NCBI GenBank assembly: GCA_951406725.2 | Contig: OX597817.1 | Location: forward strand, 69,812,001 to 69,876,000 | Direction of reading: 5' to 3' | DNA: 64,000 bases | Origin: Octopus vulgaris | Taxonomy: Eukaryota | Part shown: positions 1 through 13,853 of the stretch, piece by piece | Numbering within the stretch: the stretch's first letter is position 1 | How the letters are laid out: each line of letters starts with the position of its first letter | Position numbers and translations under genes: made by a program | Notes under the pieces: generated by a model | Database searches by the model: none | What the model was told of the DNA's origin: nothing | The model's input: the letters and a program-made list of their open reading frames with translations, nothing else

Positions 1-577
1 CAGTTTTTCTTTTGTTGTGAATTGAACGACGACAGGAGAAGTCTTTAACCTGGCAAACCAAAATGTATTGAGAAGGCTGCAATAGCAAACTTGTTTTAGC
101 GTTTGTTCTAATGGCGCCCCACCCATGCAAGGTGGTGGTGGTCGTAGTGTGTGTGTGTATGAAGATATGCATACATAACCACGTGTCTTAGATTTATATA
201 TCTACAGGCTATTGTCTTCATTAATCCATAGCTGGCGCCTGCGGGGTGAGGCACTTCTCTCAACCAATAGGCTGTTGTGAGTGCCGCTAGATGATGGATA
301 CCGGTGATGATGTTATGCCACACTTTCCAATCCATGGCGCTGGCCTTTGTACGCTCGAAGTCATTGTGTATACATGAATGTATGTATAGTCTTATGTGTC
401 TCTGTGTATTTGTGTGTGTGTGTGTGTGTTTGTGAGCATGTATATGCGAGCCTGTGTATTTTGTACGAAAGGGATTGTATATATGTATGTCTGCATGTAT
501 GTATGTGTATATGTATGTATGTTTCTATCTATCCATCTAGACAGAGAAACAGACACTCATACATACATACATACAAA

Positions 578-825
578 TTATGGCTGCCCCCTCGTTATCG
601 AGTATGGCCATTGCACGAAGCTTAACTGTTACTGGTGCTGTGATCGAATGTGACTTTTTAGCCCAGTCAAAGATCTACAATGTCTTGTACAGAATTGGCA
701 ACTAAAACCTTTACCGGTAATAGCCGGCTGTAGTTGTAACTGGGTTTCATGTACCTTTGCATGTCGTTTAAGTCCTCCTGCCGAATTACACTCTCTTCCA
801 CATGCCTGACAGATATGATTAGTTG
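578..825 (-). mobile_element. RTE/BovB-like LINE 3' end with two C2H2-type fingers
   Basis: CQACGRECNSAGGLKRHAKVH and CQFCTRHCRSLTGLKSHIRSQH*, then a short 3' UTR (GGCCATACTCGATAACGAGGGGGCAGCC) running into microsatellite; the 5' end is lost in (GATT)/(CA)n. Confidence 0.6.
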
Positions 826-895
826 ATTGATTGATTAAATTGACATACATACATACATACATACACACACACACTGTCTCTCTTTCTCTACCCCT

Positions 896-978
<83 letters not shown>

Positions 979-1800
979 GAGCACGCACATGCATACACAC
1001 ATTCAGACAGACACACTTGGATACAGACAAAACAAATATATAGACACTTGTAAAAATGCACGTAGATAGATAGATACAGATATACACACACTCATATGTA
1101 CATATACACCACACCAATACATATATCCGCCTACATATACGTTCACACAGATATGCACATATGCACACATAATTTCACATACATATAGACACATACACAT
1201 GCATTCAAAATCACATATGTTTATCAAGACAAAATAGCAAATGCCGAAATGATTTGCTGGCCAGTAAAAATGAAAAAGAAAAATAAAGAAAAATAAAACA
1301 ATTATTTGAATTTAGAAATGAGATAAAAAAAAAAAGTACGAAAATCACAAAAAAAAAAGTCGAATCTAAACGAAACGAAGAATAAATACAATCAACTAGC
1401 CAACTAGCCAAAAAGCCAGCAAATAAACATAAAATAAAACGAAAAAAAAAAAAACGATAAGAGAATAATCAAACTTAAAATAGAACCACTGATTACTTTA
1501 TATAATATTTTACTTAATTACAAGCTTGAACCAAACCGTTCAAATCAGAGAATAAGTAAGAAAAAAAAAAGAAAAACAAAGAAAAAAAATAACATCTGGC
1601 AAATGAGAAACTGTAAGTGATGGTCGATCAAAATTAGAGGACTGTTTAATAAATTCTCTATAATTACAGAAATGTCTGCTAAAATGTTTAAAGTCTCACC
1701 CGAAGAATAGAGATGCTGGATTTATAATTAATTTCTTATCGATTATCATTATTGTTGTTGTTGCTGCTGCTGCTGCTGCTGCTGTTGTTGTTATTATATC

Positions 1801-2036
1801 AAGGCGGCGCGCTGGCAGAAACGTTAGCACGCCGGGCGAAATGCGTAGCCGTATTTCGTCTGCCGATACGTTCTGAGTTCAAATTCCACCGAGGTCGACT
1901 TTGCCTTTCCTCCTTTCGGGGTCGATTAAATAAGTACCAGTTACGCACTGGGGTCGATATAATCGACTTAATCCGTTTGTCTGTCCTTGTTTGTCCCGTC
2001 TGTGTTTAGCCCCTTGTGGGTAGTAAAGAAATAGGT
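1801..2036 (+). mobile_element. tRNA-derived SINE, family A
   Basis: A-box-like GCTGGCAGAAACGTTAGC, B-box GAGTTCAAATTCC, central GCCTTTC(A/C)TCCTTTCGGGGTCGATTAAATAAGTACCAG (Meta-type domain-like), tail AGCCCCTTGTGGGTAGTAAAGAAATAG; many near-identical copies in the window; headless decayed units follow to ~2275. Confidence 0.85.
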
Positions 2037-2524
2037 ATTTTGTTCTGAGTTCAAATCCCGCTGAGGTCTACTTTGACTTTAATCCTTTCGGAATTGATGA
2101 AATAAGTAATGGAGTCGATGTAATGCACTAACCCCTACTCCGACCTAAATAATGTCAGGCCTTGTGCTTATAACAGAAACGATTACTATTATCATTGTTA
2201 TTGTTGTTGTTAATATTATTATTTGCGTTCTGAGTTCAAATACCGCCGAGTTCGATTCTGCCTTTCATTCTTTCGTACACAACAACAGGAATTCATCTTT
2301 TGCCAGCACTGAAAGCCAAATAGGGAATTACTGACATTGGATCGGTCAACTTTAGACGAAAGAAAAAGTGTGGAAGTAATATACAGCAAAGAGAGTATAT
2401 ACTTAGTCGAGGAATTTCTCTAGAGAACTCCGTGAGGGAAGGTGATTTAATACTTTTTTTAAAAACGGGAAATAGGATTCCATATGACATGGGGGAAAAA
2501 TGAAAGTTAGCGAAAGCTTTAGTC

Positions 2525-2725
2525 CTAGGGTCTCCAAAGTAGTCTATCGACTCCTTGGGTGGTGGTGTCGATGGGACTATTCAAGGAGTCGATAAAGGCG
2601 CATCTACTTTATTATTATTATTATTATTATTATTTATTTATTTATTTGTACATGCCTGGGGATCGCTCATGGGGGTCAAGGATCCCATGAAAAGTTCGAT
2701 GGTCTAAAAGGTTTGGGGACACCTG
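2525..2725. mobile_element. hAT-type MITE
   Basis: Imperfect TIRs CTAGGGTCTCCAAA / TTTGGGGACACCTG with an 8-bp TSD CTTTAGTC (2517-2524) / ATTTAGTC (2726-2733). Confidence 0.6.
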
Positions 2726-3227
2726 ATTTAGTCAGTCAGTGGAATAATGTATGTTCCCTCAATCGGAGCATGGATTATAGAAGAAAGTGCAGGGTATCAA
2801 AATAGAATGACAGGCAGAACTGGAGCAACACTCAGTTGCCCTCAGGTTGATGCTATAGCACATGGGTTTTACGGTCAAGGGTATTAGTATAGACGTCATT
2901 AGCTTAAGACAATCATACGGGTATGGTATTATCGAGGAGTTGACCAGTAACAACGTGTTGTCAAGTGTAGGGCATCTGCATAGCTGTCAGGTCTCAATGA
3001 ATCCTCTCTCTAATGACCATAGAACTATCCCAGTGTTATATCTCATTGAACGAGCTGAGAGGAGATCAGTCGGATTAGATAGGTAAAGCAGAAATCCCAT
3101 TTACTTCATGTGCAGCACTAAATATCATTTGAGTAAGTTCTGCTAAGAAGAAAGGTAACAGAAAACACAAAAAGAGCAACGGGCGCCAGCAGGCCCCTGA
3201 GGTGAATACTATAGTTATTGTTGCTGC

Positions 3228-3259
<32 letters not shown>

Positions 3260-3325
3260 CAACTGTTCTTTCCAGAAAAGAACGGAGACAAATGGGTTCA
3301 CTTCATCGCAGTAACACCAGCTGTA

Positions 3326-3470
3326 GAGGCGCGTGGCTTAGTGGTTAGGGTGTTGGACTCATGATCGTAAGATTGTAGTTTCGATTCCTGCACCGGGTGA
3401 TGCGTTGTGTTCTTGAGCAAAACACTTCATTTCACGTTACTTCAATCCATTCAGTTGGCAAAATTGAGTA
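3326..3470 (+). mobile_element. tRNA-derived SINE, family C-related (5' part)
   Basis: GAGGCGCGTGGCTTAGTGGTTAGGGTG (A box) ... GTTTCGATTCC (B box); homologous to 18990-19250 and 54644-54968. Confidence 0.7.
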
Positions 3471-3510
<40 letters not shown>

Positions 3511-6019
3511 CTCTGAGTCTCCCTTTCTCACTCTCCATCCTTCCCTATCAGTCACATTTCAGATGTTCCGCCGGTTTAAGGCTGAAGCAACCGAAAGGTT
3601 TGCAATGTCTGCTGGCGACTACACAGACACCTAAAATAATTAACAAATGCATGGTTACATGTTACCAAGCAATAGTCAATCGCGAGTGACAGCTGGCTGT
3701 ACACCCTTCTCGGTGACCCTGTTGTCTTGTAAAGAATCAATATGATAAATTGAACACCATTCAACGGAGAATGATACGAAAGAGAACTTTTCTTTTTGCA
3801 TGTTGACGCTCCTGTTGAAAACAGTTTCAAAGAAATTTCCTCAATAATTCTCTTTGCATCTCAACAATATCCCTGATATTCCTTGGTCTTTTACGTGTAG
3901 TTAGACTCAAAATTAATGTATAAATGTATAAAGAAATATGAAGTCTTGAAGTTCGCAATTGTTATATTACAACTATTGTGTTGTTCTTGAACAAAGAAGT
4001 TGATTCTAAAGGGTACAAGTTACCATGACTTGGAATATAGAGAGTAACCGATATTTTATCCTGGAATAAACAAGTTATATCCGAGGGATTAGAATAGCGA
4101 AGATTTGTCTTTCATATGCTAAACATTGTTGAAGCCATAGATAAATATCGGCTTTATGAATCGTTATAACTCTCCATATAGGATTAAGAATACTGCATCA
4201 AAGCTGCGATTAGTAAGCCGATTGTGGATAAAATATTTCTCTTGGATTCCATTGATTGGAATTCTGAATTCTCTGACAGGATCTGGTACTTTTCGTTCGA
4301 CCTTGAATGCTTTTTTGATTAGTTCAAGATCGGGATTTCACTGTTCCGATTCAAATTATATCAGAGCTGATATATGGCGTTTAATCTTTAATCAATAAAT
4401 TAAGAATAGCGAAAACACATAAATTATATTTGAGTCTTTCACTAAAGAATAAAAAAGAAACAAAAAGAATACAAAAAAAAATGACAAAATGATTTATGTC
4501 TAGACCTTCATTTGCATCAAATTGTCTTGTGCTTAGGTATTTCAGGAGTCTACACCCTTATTGTTCTTTCCCTAGTCGAACAATCTGTTGCCAGATAATT
4601 AAGACAATTATCTAACATTTATTCATTTATATTATATCTTTTCTTTTTGTTCTTGTTTTGTTTTTTTATAGTTTGTGAAAAATAACGTCTCTGCTTATAA
4701 ATTTCTAGTGAGTCATTCACAAATTCAGTTTCCTGCATTTAAAATTTGGTTGAGAAAGACATAGGTGCGTCTTTACAATCTATTGGGTTATTTCTGAAAA
4801 CTTTATCTAAAAAATCTGAAAGCATAGCCTGTGTTGTGTCTGTATGGAAAGATAGTAGCTCATCTGCTACTCATTGAAAGGTGAAAGGAATTGGAATACG
4901 ATGATGACAATGCACTTTAGATATACAATTTATATAATTTATGCACAATTTCATAGACTTAATACACAGCACTTATGAAATAAATATTCACTATTATTTT
5001 CCCATTTTTCCCGCATAAAAAATATATCCCGTACATATGATACAACATTTACTTAAATTGCATATATCTGCCACGTAAATAAGTGTGGATATTTCACGGA
5101 ATTGCTCTTATGCACATGCGTTAAGTGAAAGATGATATAAAAAGAAAAAAATACTTGGTTCAATTTTCAAAGAAATACACTTTTCACTATCCAATCACCA
5201 CCACCATCATCATCATCTCTTTCTCCTCCTTTGTCTCTCCTCTTTCTTTCCCTCCTCTCTCTCCCCTCTCTCTGCCTTTCTTTAACTTCACCATCAGAAC
5301 ATCACCCCTCTACTAAAATCATATTTTTAATTCTCCTCTTCTAACTTCAAATAACCACGTAATAAATGTTACGTTCCGCCAACCTCACGTCATGAAAGCT
5401 TCTCTCTCCCTCTTTTTCTTTCTCCCTCTTTTTCTTTCTCCCTCTTTTTCTTTCTCCCTCTTTCTGTCTCACTCTTTGCATTATCCTCTTTTTTCTTTCT
5501 CCTCTATTTCCCTTCAACAAATCACGTGAAAACGTTACATAGTCTCTTCCTCAGCTATGGACGCTTATCTCTCCCTCTCTTTAGCTCTCTCTCTTTTCTT
5601 TTTCCCTCTTTTTCTCTAATCATGTGAAAGCGTTATCGACACGCTAAGTAACACAATGACAAGCAGAATTGTTATAAGATGATAGGTAAATATATCTACC
5701 TGTCTATCTATATCTATATATTTATCTGTCTATGTATGTATGTATGTATGTATGTATGTATGTATGTATGTATGTATGTATGTATGTATGTATGTATGTA
5801 TGTATGTATGTATGCATGCATACATGCATGTATGTATGCATGTATGTTATGTATGCATGTATGTATGTATGTACGTATGTATGTACGTATGTATGTATGC
5901 ATGTATGCATGTGTGTGTATATGTATGGATTCATGTATAAGTGTAGATTTGTATGTTTTGTTTTATATACGTATTCTCATGCATATAGTTGCATGTCTAG
6001 ACATGCTCATATATACTTA

Positions 6020-7760
6020 AATGATTAAACTTCTGGAAAGTTTTTACAAATTTTTACAGTACCAGCGATGGAGTGGATATATAGTCTCCGAATCAGCTTC
6101 TTCCTTTCTGATTTTAAGAAGCCTAATTTCTCAAGATTGATATTTAGTCAGTGTGTTACATATCCCAGTGTCCCAATAATTACAGGTATAGACCTGAACT
6201 TGTAATTTGGATAGATTAACTGCAGACTTTTCAATAGTTCAGCGTATTTTCTTTTTCTTTAATCTTTATCTATATGTTAACATCCACTGGGTAGCTGGTC
6301 TATTGTGTTTATATTTTATAGAGGTCTTCACCAGTACTCCTCTTTATTATGACTGATATGGCTTCTACCGTATTGTAGGTTCTTATTTCATTGTCCTCGG
6401 GTTATCATTCAGACGGATCTCATATAGTGTGCTAGCTACAACATCATATCTTATCGATAGATAATACCGTATTGACATTTTCAGACAGCTGCTTATGATG
6501 TGGGTGATATCTTCGGTGTTATCTCCACAAAGTCTGCATCGGTTGTCACATTTTATTGCTTTTCCTGCATTTCTATCCCTTTTGTGCATCAAGTATTTGG
6601 TTGGTTGATAATCCCGTTTCCTGGATTGCAAACACATACCCTTCAAAGTAGGAGGCTATTGGTCCATGATAGACAGTTTTGATGATCAATGTTATTATCA
6701 TCTCGGAGCTTTCTACTAATATATCTTCTGCTCATATAGGCCCATCCTTTCATCTGATGATGCGTTGCGGTAGAGTCGTGCGACTTCCTTGGGCATGTAT
6801 TCTAGGTTATCAGGCAAAGAATGTTGCTCTTAAAAGTCTTCAGTTTCAAGTATGCAAACTTGGTCAAGGCATACACTTCAACACAAGGTGGTTAATAAAT
6901 GTTGGCGAAGGGATGCAATACGACATTCAAAGGCAGTCTGGATCGATATTAAGCCTTTGCCGCCTTGTTTTTGTTTTAGGTAGTAGCAGTCTATGTCGCT
7001 AGTGATGTGGAAATTATGTGTGCTGGTTAGTATCTTCCGGGTTTTCACATCAATGGTTCTGATCTCACCAAGCGTCCAATCAAGCAATCCAAATGTTGGT
7101 ATGAGTACTGGCACTGCAAACACATTGTGGGCCACTGCTTTATTGACTGCAGAGAGTTCCGAGATCTAAATTGCCTTTATTCGACTGAAATATTCTTTAG
7201 TGACATATGTTTTGCGTCTTGGAGCTTCAAGGGATTCACTGTTGCTCTTGTTTATTAGGTATTTGGTTGCAATCTCCCGTCCTTGGATTGGAAATATACA
7301 ACTTTCAACTTTCGAAGTATGATGTGATGTAGCAGTCACGAATCCAAGAGAGGCTTCACTTCATGTCAATGTTACTGTCTTCTTCAAGTGTTCGGGAAAC
7401 ATAGCCATACATGGTCTATTTTTAGTATACAGAGCGTTTCACCTCCAGGTCTTCTATGACGTATGCTAGTCCAGCTGATTCGGAGTTGTATGGGAGATCA
7501 TCAGTAAGATCGTGCCTCTGACAAACGTGCCATTGTAAGATATGTATTCACCCACCCCTAGATACTTGTAACATTACTCATCAGATTCAGGGGAAACAGT
7601 TAAGTCGTTGATGGAGATGATGCTAGTCTGGTTTACAGTTTTCTCTCTTTTCACAAACATATAGCAACCAAACTCCAACCCTATATCCATTGAGAATGGT
7701 GTAACGTGGTCAAAACTCTTTTTCACCTCATACATGTTCTTGGCATATAGTCTCAAGTCA
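6020..7760 (-). mobile_element. Decayed R4/Dong-clade (RLE) non-LTR retrotransposon
   Basis: Fragments: RLYAKN (RT), FAVPVLIPTFGLLDWT..IDVKTRKILT..GGKGL, CCHC knuckle CRLCGDNTEDITHIISSC; frameshifts and stops. Confidence 0.8.
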
Positions 7761-7929
7761 TGTATGTATGTAAGTATGTATGTATGTATGCATTTGTGTT
7801 TGTGTGTTTGTGCGTGCGCGCATGCGTGTGTACTTACTATTTTTAGTTATTTAAATTCTTCCTTTGAAGAAGGAGCTGGTTTCTAGCAAACGCACAAAAC
7901 TCAATCTTTGGAATGTAGATAACGAAAAC

Positions 7930-9105
7930 AATGTCACATTTTAAGTGTGAGAAAAGTCTTGTACAGTTTTACTGTTCTCCTGCCAGATTGTATTTGCAAT
8001 ATGCGAGCCAGTTTGTTGATTTCTTTTTCTGAGAATCCAATCTTATCCAGACTGACAGTTAGCCATTTACTTACCAAATCAAGTGAACCAATTATTATCG
8101 ATATAAATGTAAATTTGTAATCCGGATATAGAATCTGGAGGTTTCAAAGCAATTGTCCATAGCTATCTTCTTTCTCTGTGATTTCCAAAGAGATTTTTAC
8201 ATCAACATGACAGCTAACCTCTATGACGGTACGTACTTTTTCTCGTCTGACTCAGACAACAATATCCGGCATGTTATTCTTAAATATGACAGATGTTTTG
8301 ATGAAAATGTTACACGTGTATTCCTTGTGCTGATATTTACACATGTATTCCTTGTGCTGGTATTTATTCCAGGGCAGTCTTCCAGACAGGATGGTATTAT
8401 ATATTGTTTTTCCGACAACGTCGTGTTGAATAGTGAGGTAGACTTTGATGACATTTTTGGGCAGCGGCTACTCAAATGTGTGATGTCTTCCACATAAGTA
8501 TGACATAATCTACATTTTCGGTTGCATCTTGGAGCTTCAAGGCCGTCACTGTTGCTTTTGTTTATTAGGTATTTGGTTGCAATCTCTCGTCCTTTGATTG
8601 CAAATATATTACTTTCAACTTTCGATGTATGATATGATGTAGCAGTCACGGATCCAAGAGAGGCTTCGCTTCATGTCAATGTTACTGTCTTCTTCAAGCG
8701 TTCGGGAAACATAGCCATACATAGTCTATCTTTAGTATACTGAGCGTTTCACCTCCAGGTCTTCTTTGAGGTATGCTAGTCCAGCTGATTCGGAGTTGTA
8801 TGGGAGATCATCAGTAAGATCGTGCCTCCTGACGAACTCGTTTCCGACATAATATATATCGTTTTCTTCACTTTTCAGCTCAAACTAAATGTATTTATTT
8901 TTGCTGTCGTTGTTTAGCAAGTGCCGTTAGAGAGTTTGTGTAACATCCAAAGTCTCTCTGTACTGATATCAAGCTTCTACTTCTTTTATTTCTTCTTCGG
9001 TAGAGCCTGTCAATATCACTATTCTTGAGAAAATTTTCAGTCGATGTCAGAATCTTGCGGGTTTTAATATCTATGGAGTGAATTTCTTCTACAGACCAGT
9101 CAAGT
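7930..9105 (-). mobile_element. Second decayed R4/Dong-clade fragment
   Basis: LDWSVEEIHSIDIKTRKILT, FAIKGREIATKYL..CRLCHTYVEDITHLSSRCPKM, RLE remnant; ~8527-8830 is near-identical to ~7217-7520. Confidence 0.8.
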
Positions 9106-9112
9106 ATGTATG

Positions 9113-9482
9113 TACTCTTTACTCTTTTACTTGTTTCAGTCATTTGACTGTGGCTATGCTGGAGCACCGCCTTTAGTCGAGTAAATCTACCCCAGGACTT
9201 ATTCTTTGTAAACCTAGTACTTATTCTATCGGTCTCTTTTGCCGAACCGCTAAGTTACGGGGACGTAAACACACCAGCATCAGTTGACATGCGATGTTGG
9301 GGGGGGGTACAAACACACACACACACATGTATATATACATATATACGACGGGTTTCTTTCAGTTTCCGTCTATCAAATCCACTCACAAAGATTTGGTCGG
9401 CCCGAGGCTATAATAGAAGATACTTGCCCAAGGTGCCACGCAGTGGGACTGAACCCTGAACCATGTGGTTGGTAAGCAAGCT
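9113..9482 (-). mobile_element. tRNA-derived SINE, family B
   Basis: Reverse complement of the 17446-17850 copy (GGTTCAGTCCC B box, CTTGGGCAAGT CORE-like segment, GCTCCAGCAT..CAAATGACTGAAACAAGTAAAAGAG tail). Confidence 0.85.
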
Positions 9483-9885
<403 letters not shown>

Positions 9886-10313
9886 GTAAAACAACTGGTA
9901 TCACTTTAGATTATGGTATTTGTACTTTTAAACATAATTGCTGAGTTACACACGCGCGCGCATTAACACCAACATTCACACATATGCACATGTATAAGCA
10001 TAGTAAATGGGAGGGATCCGAGAATGCTGTTATTTTTGTTGTTACAGTTGCTGCTGCTGAGATTATAGTGACAGTAGAAATTGGTAAAGGGGGAGCATCC
10101 TTAACGCCTCCTATACCATGACAGGAAATCTTGGAATAATTTGTGTCACCAACGCCCACGAAGAGTTGTGCCCCACCTGGCGAGATTGATCAGGTCCAGG
10201 ATGAATTCCATACTTCTTCATCCGTTGGAATCGCGAGCTCCATTCCGGGACCAAGCCAATTTTTCTTATACAGACCCTGAAGCTGCAATATATTGGTTTT
10301 ATCTTCCATGCCA

Positions 10314-10536
10314 AAGGCGGCGAGCTGGCAGAAACGTTAGCACTCCGGGCGAAATGCTTAGCGGTATTTCGTCTGCCGCTACGTTCAAAGTTCAAATTCC
10401 GCCGAGGTCGACTTAGCCTTTCATCATTTCGGGGTCGATTAAATAAGTACCAGTTACGCACTGGGGTCGATGTAATCGACTTAATCCCTTTGTTTGTCCC
10501 CTTTATGTTTAGCCCCTTGTGGGCAGTAAAGAAATA
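10314..10536 (+). mobile_element. SINE family A, full length with 15-bp TSD
   Basis: TTATCTTCCATGCCA at 10299-10313 and 10537-10551 flanks the element. Confidence 0.9.
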
Positions 10537-11114
10537 TTATCTTCCATGCCATAGAGAACAACCGCCACCACCCAGTAGATGTTTATATCTGGAGGTACAT
10601 TGAACACCTCCATTCTTACTACTTTCCGTGCTAGTTATACTAGTATAACTAGTCATCATTCTTTAGAAGCGCTACCTGGCCTCATCCTCTATTAGAAGCT
10701 TACTTCTGCTGTGTTGAATATTCGCTCACCCGCTAGTTACACAAGTTTTGAGGACCCTAGATTGGTTTGAAGCACTTTCTTGTTTGCTGTTGCGTCGCTT
10801 GCATTAGTTTCTGGATTTTTATTCCAATGCTTTTGTAAAAGATTGTTTTGTGGCTTCTTTCTTACTCAAAAGCTAATGTTTTCAGCTGGAGATTGATGAT
10901 TGGGATTTTAAAATCTACGGTTTCAATTCAAATTCTCAGATTCCGTCTAGAGATTTGTGACTAATAATTTGAGTTGAGGATTTGTGATTTTGATTTTAAA
11001 ACCAGCGGTTTCAACTCCAAACATCTGGTATATACATTTGTGATTTCACCGCAAGTTAGATTTTCAATTAACGACCTGTGATTCGAACTTAACATGTGTG
11101 ATTTGAACATAATA

Positions 11115-11961
11115 CGTGATTTGATCAATAAGTATCCGGACTGTTGCCACAGTAACGAAGCTGAAGCACGCAGAGTGAAGCTGCTTGGTTCAGATTGACC
11201 TTGAATTCTGCTGTGCATTCGCACTAGGTTTTTACATTCTAGCTCACTTCTGCTGTTCACAACAGTACTTGGAAGTAACGTGTGTAACGTGTGATCGTCG
11301 CATTGAACATGACGGAGAAAGTTGAGCAGATAATCTGCATCGAATTTTAAAAGGTTTTCATCGTCCTCGACACAATCAAAGAGACCTTGTGCAACTGAAA
11401 TCCGAGTGTCTTTTTGGTCAGCTGAAAACAGCTTTGGCACAACCTTGGTAGACACGCGTCTCATACCCAAATTTTCCGTGATAATGGACTGAACTGAAAC
11501 ATACTAATCTGCACATCCTCTGATAACTCACAGATGGTGGTTCGATGATTTCCTCTCACAGCTGCACGTATATCTTTGATGTTTTTCTCAGTTCTGCTGG
11601 TTGCGGGTCTCCCAGGAGGTTCATCAATATCGACATTTTTTCGGCCATCTTTGAAACGTCTGAACCACTTAAAAACTTGTATGCAACTCATACACTCCTC
11701 TCCATACTCATTTTACAACTTTGCGTACGCCTCTGAGTAGGTATCGCCATGACAGCTTTCTCTGTCATGGTCAATGCGATGATCACACGTTACACACTTT
11801 ACGTCCAAGCACTGCTGTAAACAGGAGAAGTGAGCTAGAACATTAAAACTTAGTGTGCATGCACAGCAGAGCTCAGGATCAATCTTTGCCAAGCGGCTTT
11901 ACTCTGCGTGTTTTAGCTTCGTTACTATACAACAATCCGGATACCTATTGATCAGATCTCG
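11115..11961 (-). mobile_element. Non-autonomous mariner with ~210-bp inverted ends and a transposase N-terminal remnant
   Basis: TA flanks; ends CGTGATTTGATCAATAAGTATCCGGA / TCCGGATACCTATTGATCAGATCTCG; peptides VFKWFRRFKDGR..PGRP and RVSTKVVPKLFSADQK. Confidence 0.85.
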
Positions 11962-12290
11962 TATGTATGATTTTTAACTACAAGTTTCTGATTTTGATTT
12001 AAATTTCTGGAGTCTAATATTATATCCATTCAGTAATTGCCACAATCGTTTGACAACAAAAGAGATAGGTCAGGAAGTAGATATCATCAACATTAAATTA
12101 CAAGTAATATCATAAAAACCGACGAAACAAACAGACAGATATAATAAATTGCTTCAACATTCCCTCCATCGACCCATCACTGCTTTATTTACTGTTTTGT
12201 GTGTGTGTGTTATGTGTGTGTGTGTTATATACACATATATATGTATATATGCATATATGTATGTTTTAAGTATGTATATATATATATATG

Positions 12291-12350
<60 letters not shown>

Positions 12351-12717
12351 GTCAATCAAATCGAAGCAATAATGTGTCCTCGTCTACCACTCTCCCTCAC
12401 CTACATTCTCAACGCCCTCTCTCTCATACACACACACACACACACACACACATATTTATATTACTTATATTTACTTATTTATACACACACACGTACGATG
12501 CCTTTCCACTAATTTTGCTCTTTTCATTTTTCTTTTCTTCCATTCTCTCAGTCGCTCATCATATAATAGCTTCTCTCCTCTTTCTTTTCTTTCTCTATGA
12601 TTCACTTTTTTTTTTATTTTATTGATTAATTTATTTGAGAGGATATACATTGAGGAAACTCGAAAACGCGCGGACAGGCGCACATGCAATTATGTGTGCC
12701 TCTGTGTGTATATGCAT

Positions 12718-12812
<95 letters not shown>

Positions 12813-12928
12813 CTTTTTTAAAACTATTTCTAATACTTAAAGAAAACCTCTCTCATATAGTGTTTGCTCAACTCAACTCACGAAAGTTTGGGGGTAAAGA
12901 CATCAAAAAATCAAATGCAAAGGTTATT

Positions 12929-12980
12929 TGAGAACGTACGTTTCAAGATTAGTCAACACGACACTTCTATCATCAGCTCA
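12929..12980 (-). ncRNA. Type I hammerhead ribozyme motif
   Basis: UGAG-CUGAUGA-[UAGAAGUGUC GUGUU GACUAAUCUU]-GAAA-CGUACG-UU^CUCA; stem I UGAG/CUCA, palindromic stem III. Confidence 0.7.
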
Positions 12981-13519
12981 GAAACTCCTTGGTTTGGATT
13001 TGAAAACACTGAAAGTGAGAGCATACCCTTTCGGCTTCTCATCGCTTTCGAAGATCTGCTCGTAACTAACAGTGCCAACAAACTCAAATATGCAAGCGAA
13101 GAATTTCTGTTCTCCCCTTTCCACCAGCGTGGGTTAAAATCAGCAAACACTATGCTTATTTCGGTAAAATCCGAAGCATTAATTAGAGGGAGATTAATTA
13201 TAATTTCAACAATTGAGGGTAAAATTAATTAATCATTAATCAATTTCACCAAGTGTTCAGTATGCAAAGGGACCATTTAAGGCGAATTCAAATTATTACA
13301 TTATATAAAAGGGCTTAGTAAAATAAATTACTTTGCCGCATACTGAACTCATTAGAAATAGCAGCTAAAAAACTTTTTTAAAACTATTTCTAATACTTAA
13401 AGAAAACCTCTCTCATATAGTGTTTGCTCAACTCAACTCACGAAAGTTTGGGGTAAAGACATCAAAAAATCAAATGCAAAGGTTATTTGAGAACGTACGT
13501 TTCAAGATTAGTCAACATC

Positions 13520-13571
13520 TGAGCTGATGATAGAAGTGTCGTGTTGACTAATCTTGAAACGTACGTTCTCA
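13520..13571 (+). ncRNA. Type I hammerhead ribozyme motif (inverted copy)
   Basis: Same sequence on plus: CTGATGA 13524-13530, GAAA 13556-13559, predicted cleavage after 13567. Confidence 0.7.
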
Positions 13572-13853
13572 AATAACCTTTGCATTTGATTTTTTGATGT
13601 CTTTACCCCCAAACTTTCGTGAGTTGAGTTGAGCAAACACTATATGAGAGAGGTTTTCTTTAAGTATTAGAAATAGTTTTAAAAAAGTTTTTTAGCTGCT
13701 ATTTCTAATGAGTTCAGTATGCGGCAAAGTAATTTATTTTACTAAGCCCTTTTATATAATGTAATAATTTGAATTCGCCTTAAATGGTCCCTTTGCATAC
13801 TGAACACTTGGTGAAATTGATTAATGATTAATTAATTTTACCCTCAATTGTTG

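Noticed and set aside
629-825. Host C2H2 zinc-finger gene
   Set aside because: No TGEKP linkers or evident splice acceptor; the finger pattern and 3' UTR fit an RTE LINE end better.
9990-10900. Possible exon or L1/Tx1 ORF1 remnant
   Set aside because: Interrupted by a SINE, stops and frameshifts; no diagnostic motif to assign it.
12864-13232. 122-aa ORF in the HHR unit
   Set aside because: Non-ATG start, antisense to the ribozyme, and no recognisable domain.
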